A stretch of 64,000 nucleotides of DNA from Paramecium tetraurelia. Lineage: Eukaryota. The notes beneath the pieces were generated by a model. The model worked only from the letters and a program-made list of their open reading frames with translations, made no database searches and was not told the DNA's origin. The DNA lies in assembly GCA_000165425.1 (NCBI GenBank), contig CT868063.1:496001-560000 (forward strand), written 5' to 3'. Numbering within the stretch: the stretch's first letter is position 1; every line of letters starts with the position of its first letter. The position numbers and the translations under genes are program-made. Below are positions 31,498 through 45,515 of this stretch, piece after piece.

Positions 31498-34400
31498 TCA
31501 TTTTTTTCTACTTGGAATATGATTGATGAGACCTTCTGGTTCTTTATCTAATGGAATTCCACGATTAACAACAATGTCTGTCGCTCGAATCTCCATTGAG
31601 ATTGAACCTTCTACAGGGCACACAGCATGGCATAATGCACAACCGGTGCATAATTCTTCAATAATAGTTGGGAAAGAATTGAAATTGTCAAACTTAATAG
31701 CTTAATAGCCAGAATCCAAACAAGTCAAATAACATCTTCCACATTTCAAACATGAATCCTCATTTATTTGAGGAACCAAAAAGTCTTATCTTTTCATTTC
31801 AGCAATATCTTTGATGTGGTGTAATCCAGATCCAACAAGATTCTTGAGCTTATTATTAGAACTGAATGCAAAAGAAGGCTTTTATTTTTAACTAGTTGGG
31901 AATTGTCCTTTCCATTATTTTTAATTTAAGTTATATGAAGCATAAAGATGAGCCTAAAAGCTAGTTTTGAGATCATAAAGAACAGTTGCGAAATCTTGAT
32001 CTTAAACAGCTGAACAAATCTGAAAAGCAGATGCCCCATATCTAAGGAATGAGAGAGCATGATCTCCTTAGATAATACCACCACTTCCAAAAATAGCAAT
32101 ATCTGGGATAGCTTTGGCCACTTCCGATGTTTTTCTCAGTGCAATAGGTCTCAACATTGATCCACAACCTCCACCATAAGTGACATTGTTTTCTTCACCA
32201 ACAGCTGGCCAAGGGGTGCCTAAAGGATCTGGATCCATTAAAGTTGGGAAGGTGTTAGTCAAAGTAACTGCTTTAGCTCCTCCTTCTTTGGCAGCCTAGG
32301 CAATATCTGCAGAATCTGGATAATTGGGAGTAATTTTAACGATAACTGGAATATCAATTTCAGAAGTAACCCATTGACAAATATCTTTAACTATTGCTGG
32401 GTTTTCTCCACAAGCTCTACCCATTCCTAATTCAGTCATTCCATGAGGACATGATAAGTTTAATTCAAGCATATCGAATTAACCCTCATTTTTGCATTTT
32501 CTGGTTAATTCTCTCCAATCTTATTCAATGTGTTAACACATAATACTGCCGATAAGCACATGATTGGGGAATTCCTTTTTAATAGCTTTGCTGCCTTCCA
32601 ACCAATATTTAGCTGATTTCTCACTGATTAATTCAATGTTAGCATATCCTGGATCCTATTTAAGCGGATCAGTAGTGCTTTTGTATATCCTTGGAGACAC
32701 ATTGGTGATAGCATCTTTATCCAAAACGAATGTCTTCACAACAGCAAAACCCCATCCTTCTTAGAATGCTCTTTTTATCATTGGATATGATGTGGTTGGT
32801 GGTGCTGAAGCTAAACCAAAAGGATTAAGGAAGTTAACTCCAAGGATATTAATACTAAGATCTATGTTGTCAATTTCTGTGGTGTAAGATGGTAGATGGT
32901 CTGGTGTTAATTATGAGATTTAGTGTTTTTTCTATAAAAAGTTATGAATGTGCCAAGAAGATGTTTTACCATCATTGACTGCGTCCACCAAATTAGCTAC
33001 TCCAACAGCATCCCCACCTGCGTAGAGCCAATCGTAACCTTTGACTTAATGTTGATCGTTAATCGAAACAAAGCCATTCTTTTGATTTAAAAATTAGTCC
33101 AATTCTTTATTTTATATTTCCGAACCAAAGGCTGTAATCAAATAATCAAAACTCATTTTTATTTTTTCTCCTGTGAGTTTGTACTTTAAGTCGAAGGCAT
33201 CGTTATTGACTGGGAGATTTTACTCTAATTCAATTTCCTTATATTTTCCATCAACTTCTATTAATTTCATTGGTTATTCATAAGGTATGAAATTGATGCC
33301 CTCATTCTTAGAAGGAATCAGGATCTCATCATTTGCTCTAATGTCCTACCATCCCCTTCTGAATATCACGCTGACTCTTTGTGCTCCACATCTGTATGCC
33401 GATCTAGCACAATCTAAAGCTGTATCTCCAATTCCTAATACAATAACATGTCCCGAGAGTTTTGGAGTGGCTTCTATGTCCTTATCTTGCTTCACAGCTT
33501 AGTTAACCTTTGGCAAAAAGGTCTTCGAATTTAAAATGTGACTTTATTAATATATATGTCCCAATCCCTTTTTTGGCTCATTAAGCCCACATCCAAGGAA
33601 TACACATTCGTATCCCTCCTTCCTTAATGATTCTATTGTGAAGTCCTTCCCTAATTCCTTTCCAAAAACAAATTTTATTCCTAGCTGTTTCACCTGTTCA
33701 ATTTCCCAATTAATGTCATCTACTGGGGAACGATTCATTGGGATTTCTGATACTACTAATCCTCCTGCATGTTAAGACTTCTCGAAAATGGTAACATTCT
33801 TATAACCCAATCTTCCTAGAAAGGTAGCACAGGATAGTGAGGCAGCGCCGGCACCAATTAAGGCTATGGATGAATCGAACACTATATGATCATTTTTTGG
33901 CAATTTGGGATCCCGAATCTGTTTAACATTCATTTCCTAGTAGGTTACTAAGGGTATTTACCTTAAACATTGAGACTGCGAACTCTTAGAGCTTATTGAT
34001 TTTAATGGCACCTTTTTCACTAGATGCCACATTACAATTTCTGGCACACAATTCACTAATTGGACATAACTAACCACAACTCAAGCCCAGAGGATTGTCA
34101 GTTAGTATAACTTTTGCTGCTCCATACCTATTATATATTGTTAAACCGTTTTATACCAATTCTTTTTCTCTATGTTGTAAATGAAGCTTTTAATATCTAT
34201 GGATGTACTGCATCCTTTTTAACAGGGAGCATCGGTACATTTTAGGCATCTTTGAGCTTCTCTTATTGCTTCGCCTATTGTAAGACGACTTTCATCTTTT
34301 TTCCAGTTTTTATTTTTCTCACATCCTTGACATTTTCCTGTTCTATCGAAGCATTTTGAATAGTGCTCCCTTTCTTTTGTATTTCTTATTGTAGCGACTG

Positions 34401-34521
34401 ATATTTGCTTAGGAGCGGAAGATAAAACATTGCGCTCTAGAAATTCAGAGAAATCCAAAATATTTTTGGTTGAACCAAAAGATTAGTTACGCTTGCTTAG
34501 AGAAAGTATATGGCGAATCAT
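31498..34521 (-). CDS. DPYD: Dihydropyrimidine dehydrogenase [NADP+]
   Basis: [91 protein letters not shown]-terminal CLKCGRC / CTGCALC 4Fe-4S motifs. Confidence 0.96.
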
Positions 34522-35078
34522 AAATTTAATTATCTAATCACTCATTCTTCATGATCCCTTATAAGGTACCTTATAATACTATAATTTGATAATAGGGATA
34601 ATAATACGTATTATTTAATAATATAAAATTATTAATAATGAATCAATATTACATAATTGAAAAAATATTATTAAAAGCTCGAAAATCAAAGATCAGGTGA
34701 GCAGAACATCAAACAAACTAAAGAAGTAAAACCTATGAAAAACGGCAATCTAAATTATTGAGGATCGTTTAAAAAAATTTTGTTACGAGTATTAATGCTT
34801 GAGGTCATGGCGAATTAGATCATAGGATTTAAGAACCCTATTATATTTATCATGATTAATTATTGGATAACTTAGTGAAAAAAAAAGAAATTAATGATTG
34901 TCTAGCTTAATATATTTATGTTTTATATTCTTCAAGAAAATTTAATAAAAGTAATCAAATAATCAATCCAATTGACTTAATTAGTAATTAGAGTGTTCAA
35001 TTGACCAATAATTATATTTTATGAAATTTGAGCATTAAGATTATTTTTAGCATCATAAAATTAATAATAAAAAAAAAT

Positions 35079-35159
35079 CGTCAGCTGCAGGATTCGAACC
35101 TGCGCGGGTAAACCCAGTGGATTTCAAGTCCACCGCCTTAACCACTCGGCCAAACTGAC
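35079..35159 (-). tRNA. tRNA-Ser (anticodon UGA)
   Basis: Cloverleaf: acceptor GTCAGTT/AGCTGAC, anticodon arm GTGGA-CTTGAAA-TCCAC, long variable arm, GGTTCGAATCC T-arm, G discriminator, downstream T-run. Confidence 0.97.
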
Positions 35160-35831
35160 TTCTATGCTGGTATTTAGGTTCAATATATAATATACATCAT
35201 ATGGAGAATGATGAATATATTAAATTAATTGATTTGATTTGAATTTAATATAAATGAAAAATCTGGAAGATTAAAAAATAACTCTATTTAAGGGTGGAAC
35301 TTATTAGGATGCCTTATAATTGTTTACTAGACATTATATAGAATTAATTATTATTCTAGAAGTAAAGTTTGTTTATATTTTGTATTGATGGTTCTTGTAA
35401 TTGTTATAGAGTATTAAAGATGGCTTGGTAATCATTTTTTTTATATAATCTGAATAATAGAGAAAATCATTTAATAGTAATATTATTTTTATATCAAAAT
35501 ATTATTATGTATTATATTAAAATAGTATTTAAAATTTAATTAATAATATATTAAAATAATTTGAGTAAATATATATATAGATATAGCAGTTTATTAAATG
35601 GGATGTAATAAAGTTCTAAAATGAGAGTGATAGATTTTAAGAATTATTTATTAGTAAAATTCATTTAGAGTAGATTAGCTTATTTTAATTATTGCTTAAG
35701 AACTTTAAGTTGGGTGTGCTTTTATACAATTGACAAAATTTAGTCCAGAAACAGATGCAGAAAACGAAAAAGGGAAGAAAAGGATTGATTAAATTTCTAA
35801 TTTCTTTTTTTTTTCTTATTTTGATCCTTTC

Positions 35832-36522
35832 TCATTTAGATGAAGATGACTTATTTGACTAGCGTTATTTATTGCTGACTGAAGATCTGGACCTTGAATT
35901 GCTTTGTGATCTTCTGCAGCTGGTACTTTTCTTTCTCTTGTTGTCTCTTTTTGGACTTCTACTTCTTCTGCTGTACCTGCTTCTCTTCTTTGCGTCTCTT
36001 CTCCTTCTGGAATGAGAAGATGAATAAGAAGAGTATGAGCGAGATCTCGAATTAGATCTTCTTGATCTTTGATGTCTCAAAAATAGTGAATGTAATAATA
36101 CCTTGATCTTGAATTCGAATACTTTCTTCTTCTATTTGGCGATGTTCGATTGGGACATTCTCTAGCCCTAACATAGTAAAAGAAAGTAATACCAATGACC
36201 ACCCTATCCACACTTGAAGCACTCGTCTTTTTCTTAAGGACCACTGCGTCTACCTTTGTGATTGTCCACAATATCAACTTTAAGCTTTTATCCATTGATT
36301 TATTGGCCATTCAAAGCTGAAATGGCATTCTGGGCTTCTGATTCTGCGGAGAAAGTCTACATATAGAGGGTGAATTCGTACAACAAATGAGTAGGAGCCT
36401 TTATAGGCAACATCCTTGATGCTTCCATATTTCTTGAAAATATCTTTGATTCCCTTTTCATCTGGTATTTTGTTACGACTGTATCCAGCAACAAACAATT
36501 GATTTGGCACTATCTCACCCAT
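35832..36522 (-). CDS. SR protein with RRM, CCHC zinc knuckle and RS domain (SRSF7/RSZ-like)
   Basis: LFVAGY..FKKYGSIKDVAYKGSYSFV; ECFKCGQGGHWARECPNR; long RS tract. Confidence 0.88.
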
Positions 36523-36551
36523 ACTGTAAGATTTAAATTTTTTAATAATTT

Positions 36552-39500
36552 ATGAACAATTTACTTAAACGATTCGAACCATCCTTAACAGATGTGATCA
36601 AGTAACAAAAGTGAATATGAAATAGGTATCTCCAAGAACATTAAGACATGATCTTAATTGAACGCAACCCTTATTAGGCAGATAGATTGATGATGATGTT
36701 GGATAATGAGAAGTTGGATGCTTTAGACAAGGAGTTTCATGAACATCCGAATGGCATTGAGTTACCAAATTTCATATGGCTAATGAAATGTGCAATCTCC
36801 CATGCTCCTGAGGATAAATATGAATTAGTGAATGGGTTGATAAAGTTGTTCCAGGATATAGATATCAATGGGGATGGCCATATGGAATGGGCTGAGTTCA
36901 CTTAATATATTATCGATGCAGTTATTGGTTCGAAGGATGCTTAACTTTATGATACCAGATTTGAGAAGGAGAGGGAACTGACAGAAATTGAAGTACTTGA
37001 CAGAGCCTATTCAAGAAAATCTAAACGTTATATCCCTATGGCATAAGTAGATGATTCTAATCACAAGAACCCAATAAAGAACGTACATCTAATTATCACA
37101 ATCTTAGATTGCCTACTGCGCATAATTAGATAGTGTTATTTGTTTGGAGTCAAACTCTTAACATTTGAGATTCTACACTCCTGAGTGCCAGGATAAGAAG
37201 GTTACTCTGGCACCTGAATCTGAATAAGGCAAAATATTCATCTTACATTTCCACACTGTTGACAACTATATTGCAGCAGTTACAAGTGATAGACAAATGA
37301 TATTCTGGGATGCAACAACCTTTAAAGTTATTAAATAATTCAAGTAAGAAGTTTTATAGACTGGTATCTGGTACTTCCCTTATCATGAATTATGGGTAAC
37401 AGCTGGATCCGATTACAATATTAGAGGATGGAGTATACCTTGGAATGAAAAGGATTCTAAAGGATAGGTAATTAAATTCTTGAATGCTCATACAAAACAA
37501 ATAACTGATATTGTTGAACTGATTAGTCCCAAATTATTGGCATCAGCAAGTTAAGATGGTAAAATTAAGTTATGGGATATGCAGGATTAGAAATTTATAA
37601 CAGAATTGAAAACACCAGCTCCATCGAAAAGAGGGGTTAAAGGATTAAGTTACAATCAGGATTATGGATCGAATTTAATTAGTTATGGATTCGAAACCTA
37701 TATCAATGTTTATTGTCCAGAAGTGTCAATAACAAGAGCATATATTGGAAGATTAGAGGGTCATTCTTCATTGGTGGTGACTTGTAAATTCATCCCCTAA
37801 TCTCCTAATTGTGTTAGCATTGATGACCATACAAATATTAGAATATGGGATATTAGATAGATGAGTAGTGTGTAAGTGATACCAAATGATTAGTAATCTC
37901 TAGTAACTGATTTGTGTATAATAACAAGGACTGATAGATTTGTTTATTCAGGGAAGAGATTAAATTATTTCTATAATGCTGCTTAAATGAGTAGTAATTA
38001 GAAATAGAAAGGACCTAATGAGGAAGTGTATCCAATCAATGTTGAATTCAACATGTATTTCAATTAATTCATTGTTTTAACCAAGTTTGATTTGAGAATA
38101 TATGATGCAATGGGTGGTAAGTTGAAGAAAGTGATGAATGAAGTATTTGATGATAAAATATAATTGGATTTGTCAACTTTCTGTTTTGGAGGAAGACAAA
38201 GAAAACTATTCATTGCCGACAATGCTGGATTGATTAGATAATATAATATGAAGACAGGAGAGTATCTAAAAAAAGTTAATATGCATAATGAAATTGAGAA
38301 CTCAGAGTTTGCTAATAAATTGGCTAATATCAAAAAAAGAGATACATTGGATATCAGTTCAATTATTTTCTTATAAGAAGAGAAACTGTTGATATCAGCA
38401 AGTCAAGATTCCACTATTAGAATATATGATGAAACAGATCCAGAAGAATCAATCTTATTAAAGGTCTTTTGTGGTGGACATCAAAATTCTGAAATCCTAT
38501 CAATGGCATTCAGTCCTAATTTCACTATGTTAGCAACTGGAAGTGCAAATGGTTTGATTTCTCTATGGGATTTTGAAACAAGTAAATTATGCGGAGTGCT
38601 TAATACTCCATAACCATTGCCAGAAGTTACTGCTTTAGAATTTGCTGATCCATATCCTGTCTTAGTGAGTTTGCAAGGAATACTTATAAGCATCTGGAAT
38701 ATTAAAACAAATAAATGTCTGTTAAGAATCCACACTAATCCCTAACATCCAATGTTATCTGTGGCCATCTTCTCAGACATATCAAGTGGACCTTCAAGAT
38801 AGGAATTGTTACCTGAATTTACAGGACCTTTGGTTGATAAGACTGCTCAGGATAAAAAGTCAAAATTAAATCTATAAGAGGAATAAGAGGGGTTGATGAA
38901 GGACATTTAACAATATGATACTGAATAACATCAAAATAAAAGGAGGGCCTTACTTTACATGGGGGATTAGAAGGGATATATGCATATTCTATCACTAACA
39001 GAGTTTTTATCGAGAAAAGGAATTACTGAAATGGAAAAATTAAAGAAGGGTCATTCTTATTAATTAAAGAGGAAGGATTTGATAGATGTATCCAAGAGTG
39101 TTGAAACATTCCTAGTATAAGAGGAGAAACAATAGAATCCTGTTCTTACTTGCAATATTTCTGCCTTACTTATTAGATAATGGGTAGCTCATAGTGCTGC
39201 GATTGTTAAAATCAATAAGGTTCGAGAGTTAGTATCATTTATCAGTTCATCTATGGATAAACACTTTAAGATATGGTCCATGAAAGGAGATTTGTGGTCT
39301 GATATTAGTTTGGCTAAATATGATGGATCCAATTATTGGAAGTTCCCTTTTGATTGGGTTGGATAAAAACTAAAAGATATTGAATTAGTGTTTGATGCTT
39401 TAAAATTGATTGAAAAAGAGAACCTATCTCCATATGAAAAGGAAAGAGTGAAGGTCAGATTTCTGGTTAATAAGTATTTTAATGAACCAGCATTGGAGGA

Positions 39501-40306
39501 AATGTAAAGAAATTATGCTTAACCTGAATAGGTGATTGTTCAGAGAGAGAAAAAGTAAATATTTATTTATAAAAGTTAGACGCCTCATTTAATCATAATC
39601 CTAGCCTATGAACATAGCCTTGAAATCGATTGCTGAACCATACAAAGAATTGACACAAAAAATGAAGGATGATCAATTGAAAAAGAAGAAACTAGAATTA
39701 CCTGAAGTGTAAGAAGAACCAAAAAGACCTCAATCTTAACATGGGCTAGTGCAGAGATTGATCCTTGCATTCAATGACAACAAAGACATAGCCAAAGAGG
39801 ATGGAATTGATCCCAAAAAGAAACAACCTAATAAAAATAATCATTAGAAACGAATCTAAGAACTGCCTCAAATGAAACCCTCTACTAGTCATTCGACTTT
39901 CTTATAAAAGTATCAAAGAAATTATAGATTCATTTAAACTCAAGTTCAGACGAGACCACATACTGAATCTAAGAAATATAAATTTGTTCATGACATCAAA
40001 TACTAATTTGGAGAATCTCAAAGAGCCATGAAGATCAAATATTATCAAAACTCTCTTAAATTTTAATCTATAAGTCCATAAATGTTATGTGATGACAATG
40101 AAATTCTATAGATGAAGTGCAAATTCTACAAAAAATAAAATGAAGATCTCATCGAATCAGAATCATCTGATAAATCTTATGAAGAAGATGATCTTGGACA
40201 TCCAAAATAACATAAACAAATTATTGCTAGTCACAATTTCTTAAACAATGCTCAAAAGAACGATCACAAAGTATTAAATACAAAAAAAAAGATTTTTGTT
40301 GTCTGA
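36552..40306 (+). CDS. EF-hand + WD40 repeat protein (WDR49/EFCAB8-like architecture)
   Basis: LFQDIDINGDGHMEWAEFTQY; WD repeats (AHTKQITDI..ASASQDGKIKLWD, LEGHSS, GGHQNSEI..GLISLWD, AHSAAI..DKHFKIW). Confidence 0.88.
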
Positions 40307-40331
40307 TCTATTATTATTATAAAATTAATAC

Positions 40332-41018
40332 ATGAAAAGTCGCTATTCTTTATCCCATCAACCCAGTTTATCCAATATTAATCAGAATGTCAATTCAATG
40401 TTAGGAATATCTTCTTAATATGATTTTGAAAAAGGAGTCTTGATTAATGTACCAATACAATTCCCTGAAGTCAAGAAAAACCCTTCTCAAAAACCTCCTA
40501 AGCTAATCAAGCATCAAGATTAAATTGATAAATTTTTTGTCGTTTCATCTAAGCATCCTGCAAAATCAAAGGATAGTTCTCGTCAAAAGAAACCCGTACC
40601 TTACTAATTGATTAAAGTACAACCACCACCATTAGGATATTATAATTGTAATGCAAGTTACTTAAATTAAAAATCCATCGTTGATATGAGCAAACAATCC
40701 TCTTTTAGAATGCAATTAAAGAAGATGAAGAGTAATAGTGTCGAATAAGTTGAGCCATTATCTTCAAAAGTAAAATAAGAATTATAAAATTAAAATCAAA
40801 CTAAAAGGTCTCCTCCTAAAATAGCAAAATTATCGAACTTAAAATTGCAACAATGGATTCAAAGAGAACTAGAACAATTTAAAGAAACCAAAAAATTTGA
40901 ATAAACCACTTATAAAGGATCTATGTCAGATGAAAAAATAAAGAGTGATAATTTTTAAAGATTAGTTGAAATAACTTCTTTAAGATCTAAGAACTCCTAT
41001 GCTAAGTTTTTCTTTTGA
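40332..41018 (+). CDS. Hypothetical basic low-complexity protein (228 aa)
   Basis: Intronless code-6 ORF MKSRYSLSHQPS...SYAKFFF*. Confidence 0.7.
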
Positions 41019-41057
41019 TTTTTAATAGATATTCTTAATTTTATATAGATATATTTG

Positions 41058-43051
41058 TCAAATAATATTTTAGATAGGTCTACTCATTCCAATTTCTTTC
41101 TATTTCCTCAATAATTAATAATTTGAGAATATATGTAGTTCGTAAAATTAATTGATGTATGAATAATTATTAATCACGTCTATACTTATGAATCTTAATT
41201 CAAAAAGAAATAAAGGGAAATACTTAGACAAAATCTAATAAATTTAGATTACAAATTAAATATAATTTTCATACTAAGAAAGGTCAATAAATATCAATAA
41301 TTATTTTATTTTTCTCACTTTTACATTAAAAATAACAACTCGGCGGCAATAGATCCTTTGAAATTTTCTTAATTCACGAATAGGTTATTCATCTAGTTAA
41401 CTTCTTTGTGCTTTTGCTCAATTAAGAGATTCACTAGAACATCTACTTATTCTTTCGATATAGAATGAACAAAACTAAATATCTTTGATAATTCATTAGA
41501 TATTGGTTGTAAATTTCTATTTCTAAGTTTTATCTTTTCGTCTCTTTATTGGATATTCAGATATATACTATTCTTCTTTTGATCATACTTTTAACAAATT
41601 TCAGCAATTTCATCCTCTGGACTCAATAGTTTGGAATCCAAAGCTTATGAACCAAATATATCTGAATCCTATTATTCTAGAATGTTAGATTGGATATGAT
41701 GTACTTCAAGATCTGAAAAGATATGTGAAGTTTATTAAACTAATAGATCACTAGGTCCTTACTATGTATTTTCACTAGCTAATATGATACTACTAAATTC
41801 GTTTTCAGATCTCAATTATTTAATCATTATTTATAAAGTTGAGTCAATGTTTTATTATTGGAAAAAGTCAACCTAAAAAAAGATAGAGTCCAAGCTCATC
41901 TTTGCTTATTCTAATTAACTTTAGAAATCTGTGTCAACCTTTTGCTTGGAATGCTTTACAATCAGATTTTTTTGTTAACTTGTTTACATTAATTTGATCT
42001 TCTCTCTAATTCTTTATTCAAAAAAACTGAAAAACTATGTATTTAGTATATTTTCACAAATCCAAGTTGGTAAGACTGATTTCAAAAAGTTATCATCCTT
42101 CTCCCATAAATCTAATAATAGAAATAGATTTCCTTGCGATTTTTCATTTAATTAATTCAAAAACTGATTAGTATCTGCAACAATGAAATCAATCAAAAGT
42201 TTGAGAGACCCTGTAAATTTGAAATCGCTAATCCCTATCCATTAGAGATTGGCAGCATCAATGTTCATGTCAATCAAAGCATTAAATACCTGAAATAAAC
42301 ATATCGATTGTTGGGTAGGATCTCTTCTAGCAATCTAAAATTATTGCCTAATATAATCGAGGTTTAACTATTGAACCAAAGTGCCCCAAAGTTTTCCGCC
42401 TATTGCTTCTATTTTTAGATTTGGCGAAATGATGGCGTAATTTTCATTAAAATATTAATTGAGTGGTTATAGGTCATAGGCATCTGAAGTAGATAATTTA
42501 CATAGATGATTTTAAAAGTGCTCCCAAATCAAAACATATACTTTGCATTAAACATCTAGGTTTTAATTAAGTTCTTTGATGATTTAGTTGGCGAGATTGC
42601 AATAGCAGTTTAAGCCCTAATATAAGTGGACTAAATTATTTTAATAACAATTATCATATTCTTATTGCAAACCTGAAAAGTTCATCAGCCTGAAAGTCTT
42701 AACGAATTCCTTGTCCATGCTGATGTCCTTACTATTCTTGAGTTTAGAGTTGTTGCTTCTAATTAAAGAACACTGGAACGCTGAACTTAAATAATTAAGT
42801 AAGACGTCCTCATGGAAACTGATTTATGGAGGTAAGGACTATTTTAGAAGATCTATTTTTTTTTTCCTGTAAATATTGAATATATAATGTTACCGATTTT
42901 TTTCAAAGTTGTTGGGAAAGGAAATCTAAATATTCTTAATTTGCGCAAGGAATTGGGCATCAGCATAGAACTCAACATCTTCGACAAGCAATTATAAGCA
43001 AGAGAGTAAAGATTTTTTACAGTTACGATTGAGTGATTATACTCCTCCCAT
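41058..43051 (-). CDS. Hypothetical protein (possible N-myristoylation, MGGVQS)
   Basis: Long code-6 frame with a tiny intron near 42870-42893; no recognised domain. Confidence 0.7.
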
Positions 43052-43532
43052 TTAATTAATTAATGAACTTTAGATTAGGATTCTTACTTCATTATTTTAC
43101 TATATAGAATGGAAACCATAAATTATGGAATAAATTGTATAAAATAATTATCTTTTCATTCTTCAGAGAATTTCTGAGCTCATTCTAATTTTAGAGCCAG
43201 AATATTTGAGGAAAGCCAATTATATTATTATTACAAATTTACATTTTATAATTTATTATGAATTATATATAATTCTTGAAACTGTGTCATCGAAAACCAC
43301 GGAATTTCTTACTGTCTGGAATGAAATGAATGAATAGTATAAGTGCTAGTTAAGTAATTGAAGGATTATTGGATAGGAAAATGATCTTTAAATGAGTTGG
43401 AAATGATTATGAAGTGATATTAGGTAAAATATATGAATTATTAGAAATGATAATTATTAAGCTAGATTTTAATTGAAAATTAACAGTCGTAATTTTGAAA
43501 TAAATTAAAATTCAAATTGCACTTCGGAATTA

Positions 43533-44617
43533 ATGGATCCTCAAACAATTTAAGTCATAGGTTTCAACGAATTACCATAAATCGATCCGAATCAATTAAC
43601 CTAATTGGCAGCTGAGACTTAATAACTATTTGCTTACGGCACAAAAGCTTGGCTATAGTTATTTTAAGCAATCACGAATCTCAGATGCATCAACAAATAT
43701 GTACCACAGTATGTGAATCAGTTATTTGAAATGTTTGGATAGCAGGTCATGATTGCAATAGATGACTCTAAAGTAAGAATTTATTAAATAAGCAGCCCAA
43801 AATTTAAAGGAATGTTGTGACTTTTGTTAATGAAGTATTCTCATTGGGTAGAAGTGTACAAATATGCCCATAAATATTTTAAGTTTTCGTACCAAAGTTG
43901 ATTTTAAAGTCGTAGAACTCTGAACACAAATAAATTAAAGAAGAATGTCTGGTACATTTTTAATCACTATTAGAGGTGGCTGTCAGCAATTACATACTTA
44001 ATTGTTCATAATATGAAGCAGGCTTATTCGCAGTAATTTAGTTGACTGGATAAAAGAAATCCACAGTTCCACTTCAAAAGTTTTGTCTCCAAGTTATGGC
44101 TAAATAAATCTAAACAATTGGTTCATTTTTATAGTCCTTTAGTGTCAATACACTAACATTACTATTGCAAGCTTTAAGCTCATTTTTAAATTCTCAAGGA
44201 GGTGAAATATAAACATACGCATTTTAAATTTGTATGTATTTACATCAATTGGTTGGCGATCAAAACTTCAAGAACTGGATGTCAGTGTCACTAGATCCCT
44301 AATCCACTTAGGTTATGGTCAATAAAATACAGGAAGTCTTAAAAAAGAAATCAAAAGCAAAATAACATACAACTATGACAGACATGAAATAAAGAATGAC
44401 TTTTGGAGTTTATGAAAACCAAGAACAAGTAGAAAATTAAAATCACTTTTAAGAATTTGTTAAAGACAAATAAAAAGCTAACAATTTCTTAGATTTGAAT
44501 CAAGTTTAACCATTACAACCTTCTGTTTATTATAATGAAAACTTAAACTATCAATAATAATAACCATAATAATTAGTGTAAAACTTGAGTTAATAATAAT
44601 TCATATAATATTAATGA
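43533..44617 (+). CDS. HEAT/TOG-like domain protein with Gln-rich tail
   Basis: Helical segments such as YFQAITNLRCINKY and QPKIQRNVVTFVNEVF resemble TOG/CLASP_N HEAT repeats; TGA at 44615-44617. Confidence 0.55.
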
Positions 44618-45515
44618 TTTATAAACATAATTTTATAAAAGAAATTCATTAAAAGAATTGCAATTAAATGTAATCCTCTTTGTAATTCTAATTTGTATAA
44701 TTATTTCTATATTTAACCTTCTGAATTGAATTGAGCTCCTTATAACTTTATGGATGATATGTTTATACATCTAGTTTTCAAATATTTTATTAACACTGTG
44801 GAGTAAACAAATGATTAAATATATTACTTAAGTAAATTAGAACATTAAATTTATTAAATTTACGACTCTGAAAATAGGGTATTCCTGTTCATACATTATA
44901 CTGAATAGTAGTCTTTGTGAATTATGAACACTATTACAAGTTGAAGTTCTCACCAATTATAACTATCTATCATTATAAACATTAAATAACAAAAGAAATC
45001 CATTATTTTCAAACATTTCATTTAAAAAGTTGTTATGAAATACTCAATTATTAATGGATATGTATTTTGCCAATTTTAGTTTAGTGAAAGAATTGAACTA
45101 ATTTTGACTATGAAGATATGGTGTAAGATTATTTAGTAAATGAATAAGCGCAAATATTATGTAAATTTAAATATTTCTAAATTGGATACTTCACTAATAC
45201 ATCTATTCAAAAGTTTAAAGGTCTAGATGTACTTGACCGAATGAAAATTACTTATCTAAAATGAATCCATTATACAGACATATTATAGTAAGTATGAGTA
45301 TGCTCTTATAATATTTGATAAAGCTAACTATCAAAGGAATATTAATCTATTTACTATTTAAATTATATTTGAATTTATAATCATTAAAATTCTGAATGCG
45401 GAGATACTTTTAAAGATCTATCATAAATTATTATTTAATTAGATTTTATATATCTAAAAAAGAGCAATCAATATTAAAATTAGAATAAAATCAATAAATT
45501 CATGTAAATAAAGAA

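Noticed and set aside
35079..35159. tRNA with 'UGA' as a possible selenocysteine or suppressor tRNA
   Set aside because: UGA is the anticodon (reads UCA, Ser). The 7-bp acceptor and ordinary arms fit tRNA-Ser; tRNA-Sec would have anticodon UCA.
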